DNA from: Longimicrobiales bacterium
GTDB taxonomy: Bacteria; Gemmatimonadota; Gemmatimonadetes; Longimicrobiales; RSA9
Length of the DNA: 64,000 bases
Assembly (NCBI GenBank): GCA_035513295.1
Contig: DATKCH010000103.1
Span: 2,852 to 66,851, forward strand
Direction of reading: 5' to 3'
Each line of letters opens with the position of its first letter. Position 1 is the stretch's first letter. Under the pieces are notes generated by a model. It saw nothing but the letters and a program-made list of their open reading frames with translations. It made no database searches and had not been told where the DNA came from. Below, piece after piece: positions 30,423 to 40,288 of the stretch. A program made the position numbers and the translations under genes.

Positions 30423-32900
30423 GTGGCCGCGGGCCTGGCCGCGTTGAGCGCGCTCGCCGTGACGGCGGCGGGCGCCGGATGGCTGTACCTGGGGCGGTCG
30501 GTGCCCGAGGAGTCGGGCACTTTCGCGCTGACCGGGCTGGCGGCGCCCGTCGAGGTGTGGCGGGATTCGCTGGGCGTGCCGCACGTGTGGGCCGAGACGG
30601 AACGCGACCTCGCGTTCGTCCAGGGGTGGCTCCACGCGCGCGACCGCCTGTGGCAGATGGAGGTGCTGCGGCGCGCCTCGCAGGGGCGGCTGTCCGAGAT
30701 GTTCGGCGCGGCCACGGTCGACTCCGATCGCTTCCTGCGCGCGCTGGGGCTGTGGCGGGCGGCGATCGCGGGCGCGGACGCGCTCGATCCGGACGCCCGG
30801 GCGCTGATCGAGGCGTACGCCGCCGGCGTCAACTCCTGGCTGAGCGGGCGCGACCGGCCGTTGCCGCCCGAGTTCTCCCTCGTCCGGGTAGAGCCCGAGC
30901 CGTGGTCCGCCGCCAACGTCATCGCGCTGGAGAAAGTGATGGCGATGGACCTGGCGCTGTACGGAACCACCGCGAACGTCGCGCGCGCGACGGCGCGCCT
31001 GGGCGAAGCGCGTGCGCGCATGCTGACCCCGCCCTATCCCGAGTGGGGCGAGACGATCCTGCACGACCACCCGACCGCGGCGGCAGTCGGGGAGCGCCTC
31101 GACCTGGAGCGAGCCGCGGCGGGGGGCCGCGCCGTTCGTGGCCTGGCCGGCGCGGCCCCCGATCGCGAGGCCTCGTCGCGGAGCGCGCCGGCCGATCCGC
31201 CGCCGCCGCTTCCCCCGGAAGTCCCGACGCACGCGGCGGAGGCGCTCGCGCTGGGCGCGGTGGCGCACGCGTCCAATTCCTGGGTCGTGGGGGGCGCGCA
31301 CACCGCGTCCGGGAAGCCGATCCTGGCCAACGACATGCACCTCGCGCTGCGCGCGCCGAGCCTCTGGTACCTGATGGCGTTGCACGTCGGAGACGGGGAA
31401 CTGGACGTCGTGGGGATGACGCTGCCCGGCGCGCCGTTCGTGATCGCCGGCCACAACCGCGCGGTGGCGTGGGGGTTCACCAACGCGATGGTCGACGACG
31501 TGGACCTGTTCGAGGAGCGCTCGGATCCCTCCGATCCCGCGCGCTACCTCGTCCCCGGCGGCGCCGCCGCGTTCGATACCGCGGTGGAGCTCGTGCACGT
31601 GAAAGGGCGCGAGCGACCGGACACGATGCGGCTCCGGTTCACCAGGCACGGGCCGGTGCTGAGCGACGTCGAGGACCTGGGCGCCGGGGGGCGAATGCTG
31701 GCGCTGCGCTGGGTGGCTCACGAGCCCTCGCGCACCTTCGCCGCGCTGCGCGCGATGAACCGCGCCACGACCGGCGCCGACCTCGCGGCAGCCGTCGCCG
31801 ACTTCACCAACCCGCACCAGAACGTCGTCTACGCGGACACCGCCGGCGACTGGGGGTACGTGATGGGCGGCAGGGTGCCCCTGCCCGCGAACGGCAGCGG
31901 GCCTCCCCTGCGGCCGGTGCCCGGCTGGACCGGAAACTGGGACTGGACGTCGTACCTGCCGCGCGAGCGACATCCCGCGGCGCGCGCGCCGGAGCGCGGC
32001 TGGATCGTGACCGCGAACAACCGCCAGACCGCCGCCGAGGTGGGAGATCGCATCACGTCCCGCTGGTTCGGGCCCTGGCGAGCGGCGCGGATCACGCGGA
32101 TGATCGTGGATTCCGTCGCCGCGGGCGCGCGGCTGTCCGCCGAAGGCGTACACGCGATGCAGCTCGACGTGCTCGATGCGCACGCCGAACGGTATCGCTT
32201 GCTGGCGACGGAAGCCGCCTCGGAGGCCGGTTTGGACGGTGCGGCCGCCGCGCTGCGCGGCTGGGACCTGCGCGCCAGCGGCGACTCTCACGCCGCGGCT
32301 CTCTACTACCTGTGGCTGGAGGGCGTCCAGCGTGGCCTCTCCCGGGACCTGTACGATGGCGGCGGCTGGTCCTGGATGCCGTCGGCCGCGGTCGACGACG
32401 TCCTCGAGCGCCGGGCCGTTCCCTGGGCCCCTCCGGCCGAAGCCCGCGCGCGCTTCGCCGGGATCTTGCGGAGGGCGGCGGAGTACGCGGATTCGGTCGT
32501 CGGGGGGCGCCCGTGGGGACAGCTGCACTCGGTGCGCGCCGAGCACGCGTTGGGCACCGTCGCGGCGCTCGAGTCGGTTTTCGACCTGAACGTCGGGAAC
32601 GTGCCCCACGAGGGCTCCCGGACGACGGTGAACGTGGCGCACTACACGGGCGGCGGGGCGCGCAAGGTGTCCGCCTACGGACCCAGCCAGCGGCACGTCG
32701 TGGACATGGCGGACGTGGATGGGACGGGCGGCTTCATCCTGCCCACTGGACAGTCGGGCAACCCGATGAGCGAGCACTACTCGGATCAGTTCGGACGCTG
32801 GCGGGAGGGCGGCCTGTGGCGCATCCCGCTGGAACGCGGCGCGGCCGAGGCGCGCGCCGTCCACCGCCTGCTGCTGGTGCCGAGGGACGGCGGCGCGTGA
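30423..32900 (+). CDS. penicillin acylase family Ntn-hydrolase (possible acyl-homoserine-lactone/penicillin amidase)
   Basis: 825 aa. The autoproteolytic nucleophile context SNSWVVGGAHTASGKPILANDMHL is typical of penicillin amidase/PvdQ-like enzymes. GTG start with a signal-like N-terminus. Confidence 0.85.
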   Translation: MAAGLAALSALAVTAAGAGWLYLGRSVPEESGTFALTGLAAPVEVWRDSLGVPHVWAETERDLAFVQGWLHARDRLWQMEVLRRASQGRLSEMFGAATVDSDRFLRALGLWRAAIAGADALDPDARALIEAYAAGVNSWLSGRDRPLPPEFSLVRVEPEPWSAANVIALEKVMAMDLALYGTTANVARATARLGEARARMLTPPYPEWGETILHDHPTAAAVGERLDLERAAAGGRAVRGLAGAAPDREASSRSAPADPPPPLPPEVPTHAAEALALGAVAHASNSWVVGGAHTASGKPILANDMHLALRAPSLWYLMALHVGDGELDVVGMTLPGAPFVIAGHNRAVAWGFTNAMVDDVDLFEERSDPSDPARYLVPGGAAAFDTAVELVHVKGRERPDTMRLRFTRHGPVLSDVEDLGAGGRMLALRWVAHEPSRTFAALRAMNRATTGADLAAAVADFTNPHQNVVYADTAGDWGYVMGGRVPLPANGSGPPLRPVPGWTGNWDWTSYLPRERHPAARAPERGWIVTANNRQTAAEVGDRITSRWFGPWRAARITRMIVDSVAAGARLSAEGVHAMQLDVLDAHAERYRLLATEAASEAGLDGAAAALRGWDLRASGDSHAAALYYLWLEGVQRGLSRDLYDGGGWSWMPSAAVDDVLERRAVPWAPPAEARARFAGILRRAAEYADSVVGGRPWGQLHSVRAEHALGTVAALESVFDLNVGNVPHEGSRTTVNVAHYTGGGARKVSAYGPSQRHVVDMADVDGTGGFILPTGQSGNPMSEHYSDQFGRWREGGLWRIPLERGAAEARAVHRLLLVPRDGGA

Positions 32901-33895
32901 TCGACGTTCTCGTCATCGGCGCGGGGCCCTGCGGGCTGTCGGCGGCCGTGGCGGCGACCCGGACCGGGCTGCGCACCGTGGTCATAGAGAAGGGGTGCGT
33001 GACCAACTCCATCTCCCTGTACCCCACCTACGGGACCTTCTTCAGCACGGCCTCCAAGCTCGAGCTGGCCGATCTGCCGTTCATCATCTCCGCGGACAAA
33101 CCCACGCGCCGGGAGGCGCTCGCCTACTACCGGCGCGTCGTCTCGCACTTCGACCTGGACGTGCGCCAGTACGAGCGCGTCCTGCGCGTGGACGGAGAGG
33201 AGGGCGCGTTCTACATGAGCACGCGCCGGCACACGGGGGAGGAAGGGGCCTACCGCGCGCGCTGGGTGGTCGTCGCGACCGGCTATTTCGACACCCCCAA
33301 CCTCCTCGGGGTGCCCGGAGAGGACCTGCCGCACGTCTCGCACTACTACAGGGAGGGCGCGCCCTACTTCGAGCAGGACTGCGTCGTCGTCGGCGGGGGC
33401 AATTCCGCCGCGGAAGCGGCGCTGGACCTGTACCGGAACGGCGCCCGCGTGACCCTCGTGCACTTCCTGGAGGGGATGGACGACGGAGTGAAGCCGTGGA
33501 TCCTGCCGGACCTCACGAACCGCTTCGCCGACGGGGCGATCGCGACGCGATGGAGCCGGCGGGTCGAGCGCATAGAACCCGGCCGGATCGCCCTGACCGG
33601 ACCCGGCCGGGAATCGGAGCAGCTCGCCGCCGACTGGGTCTTCGCGATGACTGGCTGGACTCCGGATCCGGTTCTCCTGCGCGAGATGGAGGTCCCCGTC
33701 GACCCGGAGACCCACGTGCCCGCGCACGACCCCCGGACCATGGAAACCGAGCGCCCCGGAGTGTTCATCGCCGGCGTCATCGCGGCGGGAAGCAACAAGA
33801 CCTTCATCGAAAACGGGCGCCTGCACGGGCCCGTGATCGCGCGCGCGCTGGCGGACCGGCGGCACGGGCCCGGTCGCGTGCGCTCCGCGTCCTGA
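32897..33895 (+). CDS. YpdA-family FAD/NAD(P)-binding disulfide reductase (putative bacillithiol disulfide reductase type)
   Basis: VLVIGAGPCGLSAA dinucleotide fold, YPTYGTFFST, VVVGGGNSAAEAALDL and FIAGV motifs resemble the YpdA family. GTGA overlap with the acylase stop. Confidence 0.75.
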   Translation: MIDVLVIGAGPCGLSAAVAATRTGLRTVVIEKGCVTNSISLYPTYGTFFSTASKLELADLPFIISADKPTRREALAYYRRVVSHFDLDVRQYERVLRVDGEEGAFYMSTRRHTGEEGAYRARWVVVATGYFDTPNLLGVPGEDLPHVSHYYREGAPYFEQDCVVVGGGNSAAEAALDLYRNGARVTLVHFLEGMDDGVKPWILPDLTNRFADGAIATRWSRRVERIEPGRIALTGPGRESEQLAADWVFAMTGWTPDPVLLREMEVPVDPETHVPAHDPRTMETERPGVFIAGVIAAGSNKTFIENGRLHGPVIARALADRRHGPGRVRSAS

Positions 33896-33950
33896 CGCCG
33901 TTCCGGGCCATCTACCGGCGCCGGGGCCGAGCCGAATAGCGAGGGAGACG

Positions 33951-35504
33951 ATGCTGCCAGAGTTCCGCAACGAACCGTTCACCGACTTCGACGATCCCGA
34001 GAACGCGCGCCGGATGGAGGAGGCCCTGGACAGGGTCCGAGGCGAGCTCGGCCGCACCTACCCGATGGTGATCGGCGGGGAAGAGGAGAAACTGGCGGAC
34101 ACCTTCGACTCGGTGAACCCGGCCGAGCCGCTGCAGGTGATCGGACGATTCCCGAACGGGGGCGCGGAGCACGCCGATCGCGCGATCGAGGCGGCGGAGC
34201 GCGCATTCGAAGCCTGGCGGCGCGTGCCCGCGGCCGAACGCGCGCGCTACCTCGTGGACGCCGCTGCGGCGATGCGGGAGCGGAAGTTCGACCTCGCGGC
34301 GCTAATGGTGCTCGAGGTGAGCAAGAGCTGGGCGGAGGCCGACGGGGATGTCGCCGAGGCGATCGACTTCGCCGAGTACTACGCGCGCCAGATGCTCCGC
34401 CTCGCCGAGGGGGCGGAGACTTCCGAGTGGCCCGGCGAGGACAACCGCATGGTGTACATCCCGCTGGGCGTGACCGCGGTCATCCCGCCCTGGAACTTCC
34501 CGCTCGCGATCATGGCGGGCATGACCCTGGCGGCGCTGGTGGCAGGCAACACCGTGGTGCTCAAGCCCGCCGAACAATCCCCCACGATCGCGGCCTGGTT
34601 CGTGGACATCATGCGCGAGCTCGGCCTGCCCGACGGCGTTCTCAATTTCGTCACCGGGCCCGGCGAGGTCGTGGGGGAGCGCATGGTGGACCACCCGCGC
34701 ACGCGCGTCGTCGCGTTCACCGGCTCCAAGGCCGTGGGAACGCGCATCTACGAGCGCGCCGCGCGCGTGCACCCCGGGCAGAAGTGGCTCAAGCGCGCGG
34801 TGCTGGAGATGGGCGGCAAGGACGCCCTGGTCGTCGACGAGACCGCGGACCTCGACGCCGCCGCCGCGTCCATCGTCGCGTCCGCGTTCGGGTTCCAGGG
34901 ACAGAAGTGCTCGGCGTGCTCGCGCGCGATCCTGGTCGAGGACGTCTACGACGAAGTCGCCGAGAAGGTCGTGTCGAGAGCGCGCGAGCTCCGCGTCGGG
35001 GACCCCTCGAAAGCCGGCAGCTTCATGGGCGCGGTCATCGACGACGAGGCGTTCGAGAAGATCAAGGGTTACATCGCGATCGGGAAGGAGGAGGGCCGCC
35101 TGCTGCTCGGCGGCGACGCCACCGAGCCGAGCGACGGCTACTTCGTCGAGCCCACCGTCATCGGCGAGGTCGCCCCGGACGCGCGCCTGGCTCAGGAAGA
35201 GGTTTTCGGGCCGGTGCTGGCGCTGATCAAGGCCGCCGACTACGAGGACGCGCTGCGCATCGCGAACTCGACGGAATTCGGGCTCACCGGCGGCGTGTTC
35301 TCCGACGACCGCGACCGGCTGGAGCGGGCCCGCGAGGACTTCCACGTGGGCAACTTGTACCTCAACCGGAAGATCACCGGCGCGCTGGTGGGGGTACAGC
35401 CGTTCGGCGGCTTCAACATGTCCGGTACCGACTCCAAGGCGGGCGGACCCGACTACCTGTTGCTGTTCACGCAGCCCAAGACCATCTCCGAGCGGGTCGA
35501 CTAG
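33951..35504 (+). CDS. pruA: L-glutamate gamma-semialdehyde (1-pyrroline-5-carboxylate) dehydrogenase
   Basis: The N-terminus FRNEPFTDF is characteristic of the single-domain P5CDH clade. Aldehyde dehydrogenase motifs [21 protein letters not shown] and EEVFGPVL are present. Confidence 0.85.
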   Translation: MLPEFRNEPFTDFDDPENARRMEEALDRVRGELGRTYPMVIGGEEEKLADTFDSVNPAEPLQVIGRFPNGGAEHADRAIEAAERAFEAWRRVPAAERARYLVDAAAAMRERKFDLAALMVLEVSKSWAEADGDVAEAIDFAEYYARQMLRLAEGAETSEWPGEDNRMVYIPLGVTAVIPPWNFPLAIMAGMTLAALVAGNTVVLKPAEQSPTIAAWFVDIMRELGLPDGVLNFVTGPGEVVGERMVDHPRTRVVAFTGSKAVGTRIYERAARVHPGQKWLKRAVLEMGGKDALVVDETADLDAAAASIVASAFGFQGQKCSACSRAILVEDVYDEVAEKVVSRARELRVGDPSKAGSFMGAVIDDEAFEKIKGYIAIGKEEGRLLLGGDATEPSDGYFVEPTVIGEVAPDARLAQEEVFGPVLALIKAADYEDALRIANSTEFGLTGGVFSDDRDRLERAREDFHVGNLYLNRKITGALVGVQPFGGFNMSGTDSKAGGPDYLLLFTQPKTISERVD

Positions 35505-35532
35505 GCTACCCATCGGGACACGATCCACGTAC

Positions 35533-35562
35533 ATTATCCGAAGCGATAATCACTATTGGTTG
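35533..35562 (+). promoter_or_regulatory. AT-rich operator-like site upstream of nfu-mrp (Fur-box-like dyad plus a shared 15-mer)
   Basis: ATTATC-N6-GATAAT perfect dyad (35533-35550). GATAATCACTATT resembles the GATAATCATTATC part of the classical Fur box. AATCACTATTGGTTG (35548-35562) is a circular permutation of ATTGGTTGAATCACT at 5611-5625. Confidence 0.35.
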
Positions 35563-35572
35563 GCGTCGATCC

Positions 35573-35803
35573 ATGAGCCGTCGCAACGCAATCGAAGCGG
35601 TCCTGACCGAGCTGCGGCCCGCCCTCCACGCGGATGGCGGCGACGTGGAGCTCGTCGACTTCGACGAGGACGACGGGACGGTCCGGCTGCGCCTGCTGGG
35701 CCTGTGCGAGTCGTGCCCGATATCCTCCGTGACGCTCAAGCAGGGGATCGAGCGACGACTCGTTGCGGCGGTCCCGGGCGTGCGCCACGTTCTCGCGGTC
35801 TGA
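35573..35803 (+). CDS. NifU C-terminal (Nfu-type) Fe-S cluster scaffold/carrier domain protein
   Basis: 76 aa, with [15 protein letters not shown]....[18 protein letters not shown] containing the CxxC motif. Confidence 0.85.
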   Translation: MSRRNAIEAVLTELRPALHADGGDVELVDFDEDDGTVRLRLLGLCESCPISSVTLKQGIERRLVAAVPGVRHVLAV

Positions 35804-35904
35804 CGCCGGGCGGACTCGCACTCGGCGCGGAACGCCCACCGAAGCGCTGAACCTCGAGGCCGGCACCTTCCGGTGGCCGGTCTCTCGCATATACGGGGGA
35901 GCTC

Positions 35905-37032
35905 ATGATCGACAAGGACAGGATCCTGGAATCCGTGCGGACCGCGCTCGCGGCCGTGCGCCACCCCCAGACCGGAGAAGACGTCGTCGCGGGCGGGAAG
36001 GTGCAGGACCTGACGGTGTCCGATGAGGGGGTCGTGCGATTCCTGTTCCTGCTGGGGGCGGACGATCCGGGTACGCTCGTGCGCGAATCGCGAGCCGCGG
36101 TGGAACGGATCGACGGAGTGGAGCGCGCCCGCATCGACGTACGGCTTCCCAAGACCACCGGGGACCGGCCCGAGGCCGCCGCCGGGGACGCCCCGCCGGC
36201 GCGGCGACCCGGGACGGTGCCGGCGCCTCAGCCGGCCCCGGGAATGGTCCCGGGAATCCACCACGTGATCGCGGTCAGCTCGGGCAAGGGCGGCGTCGGA
36301 AAGTCGACCGTCGCGGCGAACCTCGCGGCCGCGCTGGTCACCGAGGGCGCGGCGGTCGGACTGCTGGACGCCGACGTCTACGGCCCGAACATCCCCCTGC
36401 TCTTCGGCGAAACCGGCCGCCCGCGCGTGACCGGAACGCGCGGCCAGGAGCGCATCGTGCCGATGGAAGCGCACGGCGTGCGGCTGATGAGCCTCGGCTT
36501 CCTGATGGAGGCGGATCAGCCGGCGATCATGCGCGGTCCGCTCGTGTCCGGCATCCTCAAGCAGTTCCTGGAGCAGGTCGAATGGGGCGAGCTGGACTTC
36601 CTCATCGTGGACATGCCGCCGGGCACAGGGGACGCGCAGCTGTCGCTCGCGCAGACGATCGCGGTGGACGGCGCGGTCATGGTCACCACCCCGCAGGCGG
36701 TGTCGACCGCCGACGTGCGCCGGGGCATCCGCATGTGGGAGCGCGTGCGCACGCCGGTGCTGGGGATCGTCGAGAACATGGCGGGCTTCGTGTGCACGAG
36801 CTGCGGCGAACACCACGACATCTTCGGCGCGGGCGGTGGAGTCCGGCTGGCCGAGGAGATGGGCGTCGAGTTCCTCGGGGGCGTGCCGCTCGACACCGAG
36901 GTGCGCCGATCCGGAGACGACGGCGCTCCGACCGTGCTGGTCGCCGCGGACTCCCCGGCCGCTGAGGCGTTCCGGGCGGTCGCGGCGCGCGTGCGCGCCG
37001 CCGTCGAGGCCGGCGTCCACGTGGGAGCGTGA
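35905..37032 (+). CDS. apbC: Mrp/ApbC/NBP35-family Fe-S cluster carrier ATPase
   Basis: N-terminal DUF59-like domain, deviant Walker A VSSGKGGVGKST, and the CxxC motif GFVCTSCGEHHDIFG. Confidence 0.9.
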   Translation: MIDKDRILESVRTALAAVRHPQTGEDVVAGGKVQDLTVSDEGVVRFLFLLGADDPGTLVRESRAAVERIDGVERARIDVRLPKTTGDRPEAAAGDAPPARRPGTVPAPQPAPGMVPGIHHVIAVSSGKGGVGKSTVAANLAAALVTEGAAVGLLDADVYGPNIPLLFGETGRPRVTGTRGQERIVPMEAHGVRLMSLGFLMEADQPAIMRGPLVSGILKQFLEQVEWGELDFLIVDMPPGTGDAQLSLAQTIAVDGAVMVTTPQAVSTADVRRGIRMWERVRTPVLGIVENMAGFVCTSCGEHHDIFGAGGGVRLAEEMGVEFLGGVPLDTEVRRSGDDGAPTVLVAADSPAAEAFRAVAARVRAAVEAGVHVGA

Positions 37033-37253
37033 GCCCTCTCCGTCCGAGGCCGCTGCCGCCTCCCGGAGCCCCGGGCGAGCTCGCGCTCGACGTCCTCCTC
37101 CGGGAGTATCCGGAGCTGCTGGCGCCGCTGCGCTCGGCGGGCGTGGACCCGGCGGAGATGGGCGCGGTCCCGCTGCGGGGGGCGGTCCCGGACGAGGTCC
37201 TGGAGGACATCCTGCGGCTCGTGGCGGAACGCACGGCCTGGCGCGGGCGGTGA
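37029..37253 (+). CDS. small hypothetical protein, DUF1858-like
   Basis: 74-aa GTG ORF with high GC3. LDVLLREYPELLAPLRSAGVD resembles DUF1858/ScdA_N-type helical domains. GTGA overlaps at both ends. Confidence 0.45.
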   Translation: MSPLRPRPLPPPGAPGELALDVLLREYPELLAPLRSAGVDPAEMGAVPLRGAVPDEVLEDILRLVAERTAWRGR

Positions 37254-38047
37254 ACCGCGCGCTGACGCTGCTCACGGACTTCGGAACGCGGGACGGGTAC
37301 GTCGCCGCGATGAAGGGCGTGATCGCCTCGATCGTGCCCGGAGCCGCGCTGGTAGACGTGGCCCATGACGTGCGGCCCGGTGACGTGTCCGCCGCGGCGT
37401 GGACGCTCCGGCGCTACTGGCGGCTCTTTCCGACGGACACGGTCCACCTGGCGGTCGTGGATCCGGGCGTGGGCACCGACCGCCGCGCGCTCGCCGCGCG
37501 CGTGGACGGCCGCTACTTCGTCGCGCCGGACAACGGCATCCTCAGTTGGGTGCTCCACGAGCACGAGCTGGACGCGGCCGTTTCGCTGGATCAGCCCCGA
37601 TTCCGCAGGCCGCACGTGTCACCCACCTTCCACGGCAGGGACATCTTCGCTCCGGCGGCCGCCCACCTCTCCGCGGGGGTTCCGCTCTCGGCTCTGGGCT
37701 CTCCGCTGATCCACCCGGTGCGCCTGCCGCTGCCGGACACGATCCGCCGGGGCAACGAGGTGGAAGGGCTCGTGGTGCAGGTGGACCGTTTCGGCAACCT
37801 TGTCACGAACATTCCCGCGGCCTGGGTGAGCCCGCTGCTCGAAGAGGGGCCCGTGCGCACGCTGATCGGTCGCCACGACGTCGGCACCATCCGGCGCACC
37901 TACGGGGATGTGGCGGAGGGCGAACCCGTGGCGCTCATCGGATCGGACCTGACGGTGGAAGTGGCGGTGCGCGAGGGCCGCGCGTCGGACAAGCTGAAGG
38001 TGGGGCTCGGCGCGCCCGTCATCGTGCGACGGGCGAGCCCGGACTAG
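37250..38047 (+). CDS. SAM hydrolase / SAM-dependent halogenase family protein (DUF62, S-adenosyl-L-methionine hydroxide adenosyltransferase-like)
   Basis: LLTDFGTRDGYVAAMKGVI, VVDPGVGT, PDNGIL, FHGRDIFAP and VDRFGNLVTNI are the family hallmarks. Confidence 0.85.
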   Translation: MNRALTLLTDFGTRDGYVAAMKGVIASIVPGAALVDVAHDVRPGDVSAAAWTLRRYWRLFPTDTVHLAVVDPGVGTDRRALAARVDGRYFVAPDNGILSWVLHEHELDAAVSLDQPRFRRPHVSPTFHGRDIFAPAAAHLSAGVPLSALGSPLIHPVRLPLPDTIRRGNEVEGLVVQVDRFGNLVTNIPAAWVSPLLEEGPVRTLIGRHDVGTIRRTYGDVAEGEPVALIGSDLTVEVAVREGRASDKLKVGLGAPVIVRRASPD

Positions 38048-38052
38048 CGGGT

Positions 38053-38073
38053 CGCCGCCGGGGCCCGGCGGCG
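38053..38073. terminator. GC-rich hairpin between convergent genes (possible bidirectional terminator, no U-tract)
   Basis: CGCCGCCGG-GGC-CCGGCGGCG, a 9-bp stem located between the stop codons at 38047 (+) and 38079 (-). Confidence 0.3.
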
Positions 38074-38078
38074 CGCGC

Positions 38079-38966
38079 TCAGTGGTTCCGCGAAGGGTCC
38101 CCCACCCAGCGCACCTTGACCGCCGCCAGCGCCGCGTCGAGGCGGATGTTCAGCCGCTCCGTCGCGGAATCCCAGTTCTCCGAGACCAGCCCCCCGTCGC
38201 GCTCCACCATGCGCGCGGCGTCGAAGGTCGCGAGCAACGATTCGCGCTCGATCCGCACGCCCAGACTCGAGGGCAGGATCAGGTTCAGCTGCGCCAGACC
38301 CACGTCGATGTCCACGTTGGAGGATCCCGACCAGGCCCCGCCGAAGTCGAGCGTGATCTCCCCCACTCCGCCCCCGACCTCGATGCGTTCGGCGTTGGCG
38401 TTGCCGAGGCCCAGCACCGTGAGCTCCGCGGCGCCGCCCTTGATGACGATGTCGGTCGCGCGCTCGGGATTCGGGCTGGAGAAGCGCACCTCGGTGGACG
38501 CGGCGCCCGTGCTGATGATGGCGCTGCGGATCGGCAGCCCGCCGAGTTCGATGTCGCCCTCGCCGGCGCCGAAGCCGAGGTCGAGCACCAGGGGCGCGCC
38601 GCGACCGAGCGCCAGGTCGAGCGATCCCGTTTCACCACGCCGGACATCGAACCCGCCTTCGCTGTCGACCCGGACCACCAGCTTCTTGTGCCGGTAGCGG
38701 ACGTCCGGCTGGAACGACTCCGAGTCGTACCGCAAGTTCGCGCGGTAGAGCGTGCCGTCCTCGGCCGGACCGATGCGGAGGTGGCCCGCCAGGTACCTCA
38801 CCTCGACCGCCAGCTCCTCCTCGCCGGCGTACTCCCGGAAGCCCTTGAAGGTGCGCCAGTCCTGGGCCGCCAGATCGCCCGCGGCGAGGGCGCCGAGGAC
38901 GACCAGCAGGGCCGGCCGGATGTGCGGGTGGCGGGTGGCGGCGCGGCCGCCGACCCGGTCAGACAC
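38079..38966 (-). CDS. secreted toastrack/DUF2154-like beta-strand repeat protein
   Basis: Signal-like ALLVVLGALAAGDLAAQ. Repeated G-x-G strand motifs (GAGEGDIELGG, STGAASTEV, KGGAAELTVLG, VGGGVGEITLDFGG) are typical of LiaF/LiaG-type toastrack domains. GTG start, 8-nt overlap with the upstream gene. Confidence 0.6.
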   Translation of the reverse strand: MSDRVGGRAATRHPHIRPALLVVLGALAAGDLAAQDWRTFKGFREYAGEEELAVEVRYLAGHLRIGPAEDGTLYRANLRYDSESFQPDVRYRHKKLVVRVDSEGGFDVRRGETGSLDLALGRGAPLVLDLGFGAGEGDIELGGLPIRSAIISTGAASTEVRFSSPNPERATDIVIKGGAAELTVLGLGNANAERIEVGGGVGEITLDFGGAWSGSSNVDIDVGLAQLNLILPSSLGVRIERESLLATFDAARMVERDGGLVSENWDSATERLNIRLDAALAAVKVRWVGDPSRNH

Positions 38967-40257
38967 CCAGCCCCTCCTCTTCGACGATCGGCTCGGCCGG
39001 CTCGGCCTTCGCCGGCTGCGTCTTCGAGCCGTCCGGCTGCCGGGTGCCGGCGCGCGTCATGAGCACCGCGCCGAAGCCGATCGTCGCGGCGATCCAGATC
39101 GCGACGCAGCCCACGAACCGCAGCAGGCCCTCCAGGACGCCCATGAAGGGCGCCATCCCGATCGCGTGCGCGGCCAGCGGCAGCGCGAGCAGCAGGCCGA
39201 AGCCGGTCATCAGGTAGTAGAAGGAGTTGGCGCGCTGGAACCACTCGCCGCCGTGGAAGCGGCGTTCCGCCATCACCTCGCCGGCGGCGTGGGCGACCCC
39301 GATGAAGCCCAGCACCGCGGCCAGCATCACCGCGATCGGGAAGCCCGGCAGCCACACGATCAGCGCCGGAATCCCGACGATGGAGACCACGAGGATCAGG
39401 ATCCCGATGATGAACGCGGGCAGAACCAGGAACGCGCCCGCGAATCCGACCGCCCAGGCGCGCACCGGCTGACGCCTCGCGGTGTCCGCGATCGCCTCCA
39501 GGTACGGCCGCCCGCCGAAGTACACGATCGCCCAACCGAGGCCCAGCAGGCCGGCGTAGGTCACCAGCGTCGCGAAAATTCCGGCGATGCCGCGCCCCAC
39601 GTTGCGGGCCACCCGGGCGCCGAACGAGGTGCCCCTCGTGGCGCTGCGGATCTCCGAGCGCATCCGGTCGCGGTTCGACTCCAGCTCCTCGACGACGCGC
39701 TCGAGCTCCTGGATGCGCACGTTGAGCCGCAGGACGCTGTCGCCCGCCCCGTCTTGAATCCCGATCGCGTCCTGGCCGACGTAGGCTTCCGGGCCCGCCG
39801 CGCCCGACAGGAAGTCCTCGAGCGCGTCGTTCAGCGCCTGTCCGACGCCGTCGTCCACCGGCTCCCAGTCGATGATCTGCCGCGCGACGTCGTCCACGGG
39901 TCCGTCCAGGTCCCGCAGCAGCGAGCGCCAGGACCGTTCGAGCGGCGCGCCCTCGTCGTAGGTGCCGATGCGCCTGCCGCCTACGTAGACGCGGCCTTCG
40001 CGCAGCTCGAAGGCGACCTCCCGGCCGCCGGCGAATTCGAGCGTGAGCTCGGCGTCGTCGCCGTCCATGTCGGTGGAGTATGCCACCAGCCGCCGCGCCG
40101 CCTGCAGGACGACCGCGCCGTCGACGATCGCCTCGTCGGTCGCGCCGCCGGCCGTCTGACCGGTCAGCTCCGACGCGGCGAAGGCGAGCGTGGTCAGTCC
40201 GAGGCCGAGCGCCGCCAGGCGGTGGAGTCGTCCCTGCGAGCACGCATCCGGAGCCAT
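38959..40257 (-). CDS. hypothetical multi-pass membrane protein with an N-terminal soluble/coiled-coil region
   Basis: Signal/anchor LAALGLGLTTLAFA, coiled-coil LRLNVRIQELERVVEELESNRDRMRSE, then at least 5 hydrophobic helices. I prefer ATG 40257 over ATG 40308 because the codons between them have atypically low GC3. Confidence 0.6.
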   Translation of the reverse strand: MAPDACSQGRLHRLAALGLGLTTLAFAASELTGQTAGGATDEAIVDGAVVLQAARRLVAYSTDMDGDDAELTLEFAGGREVAFELREGRVYVGGRRIGTYDEGAPLERSWRSLLRDLDGPVDDVARQIIDWEPVDDGVGQALNDALEDFLSGAAGPEAYVGQDAIGIQDGAGDSVLRLNVRIQELERVVEELESNRDRMRSEIRSATRGTSFGARVARNVGRGIAGIFATLVTYAGLLGLGWAIVYFGGRPYLEAIADTARRQPVRAWAVGFAGAFLVLPAFIIGILILVVSIVGIPALIVWLPGFPIAVMLAAVLGFIGVAHAAGEVMAERRFHGGEWFQRANSFYYLMTGFGLLLALPLAAHAIGMAPFMGVLEGLLRFVGCVAIWIAATIGFGAVLMTRAGTRQPDGSKTQPAKAEPAEPIVEEEGLGV

Positions 40258-40288
40258 CGCGGTGCGCGTCGGGCAGGCCGGCGAGGTC

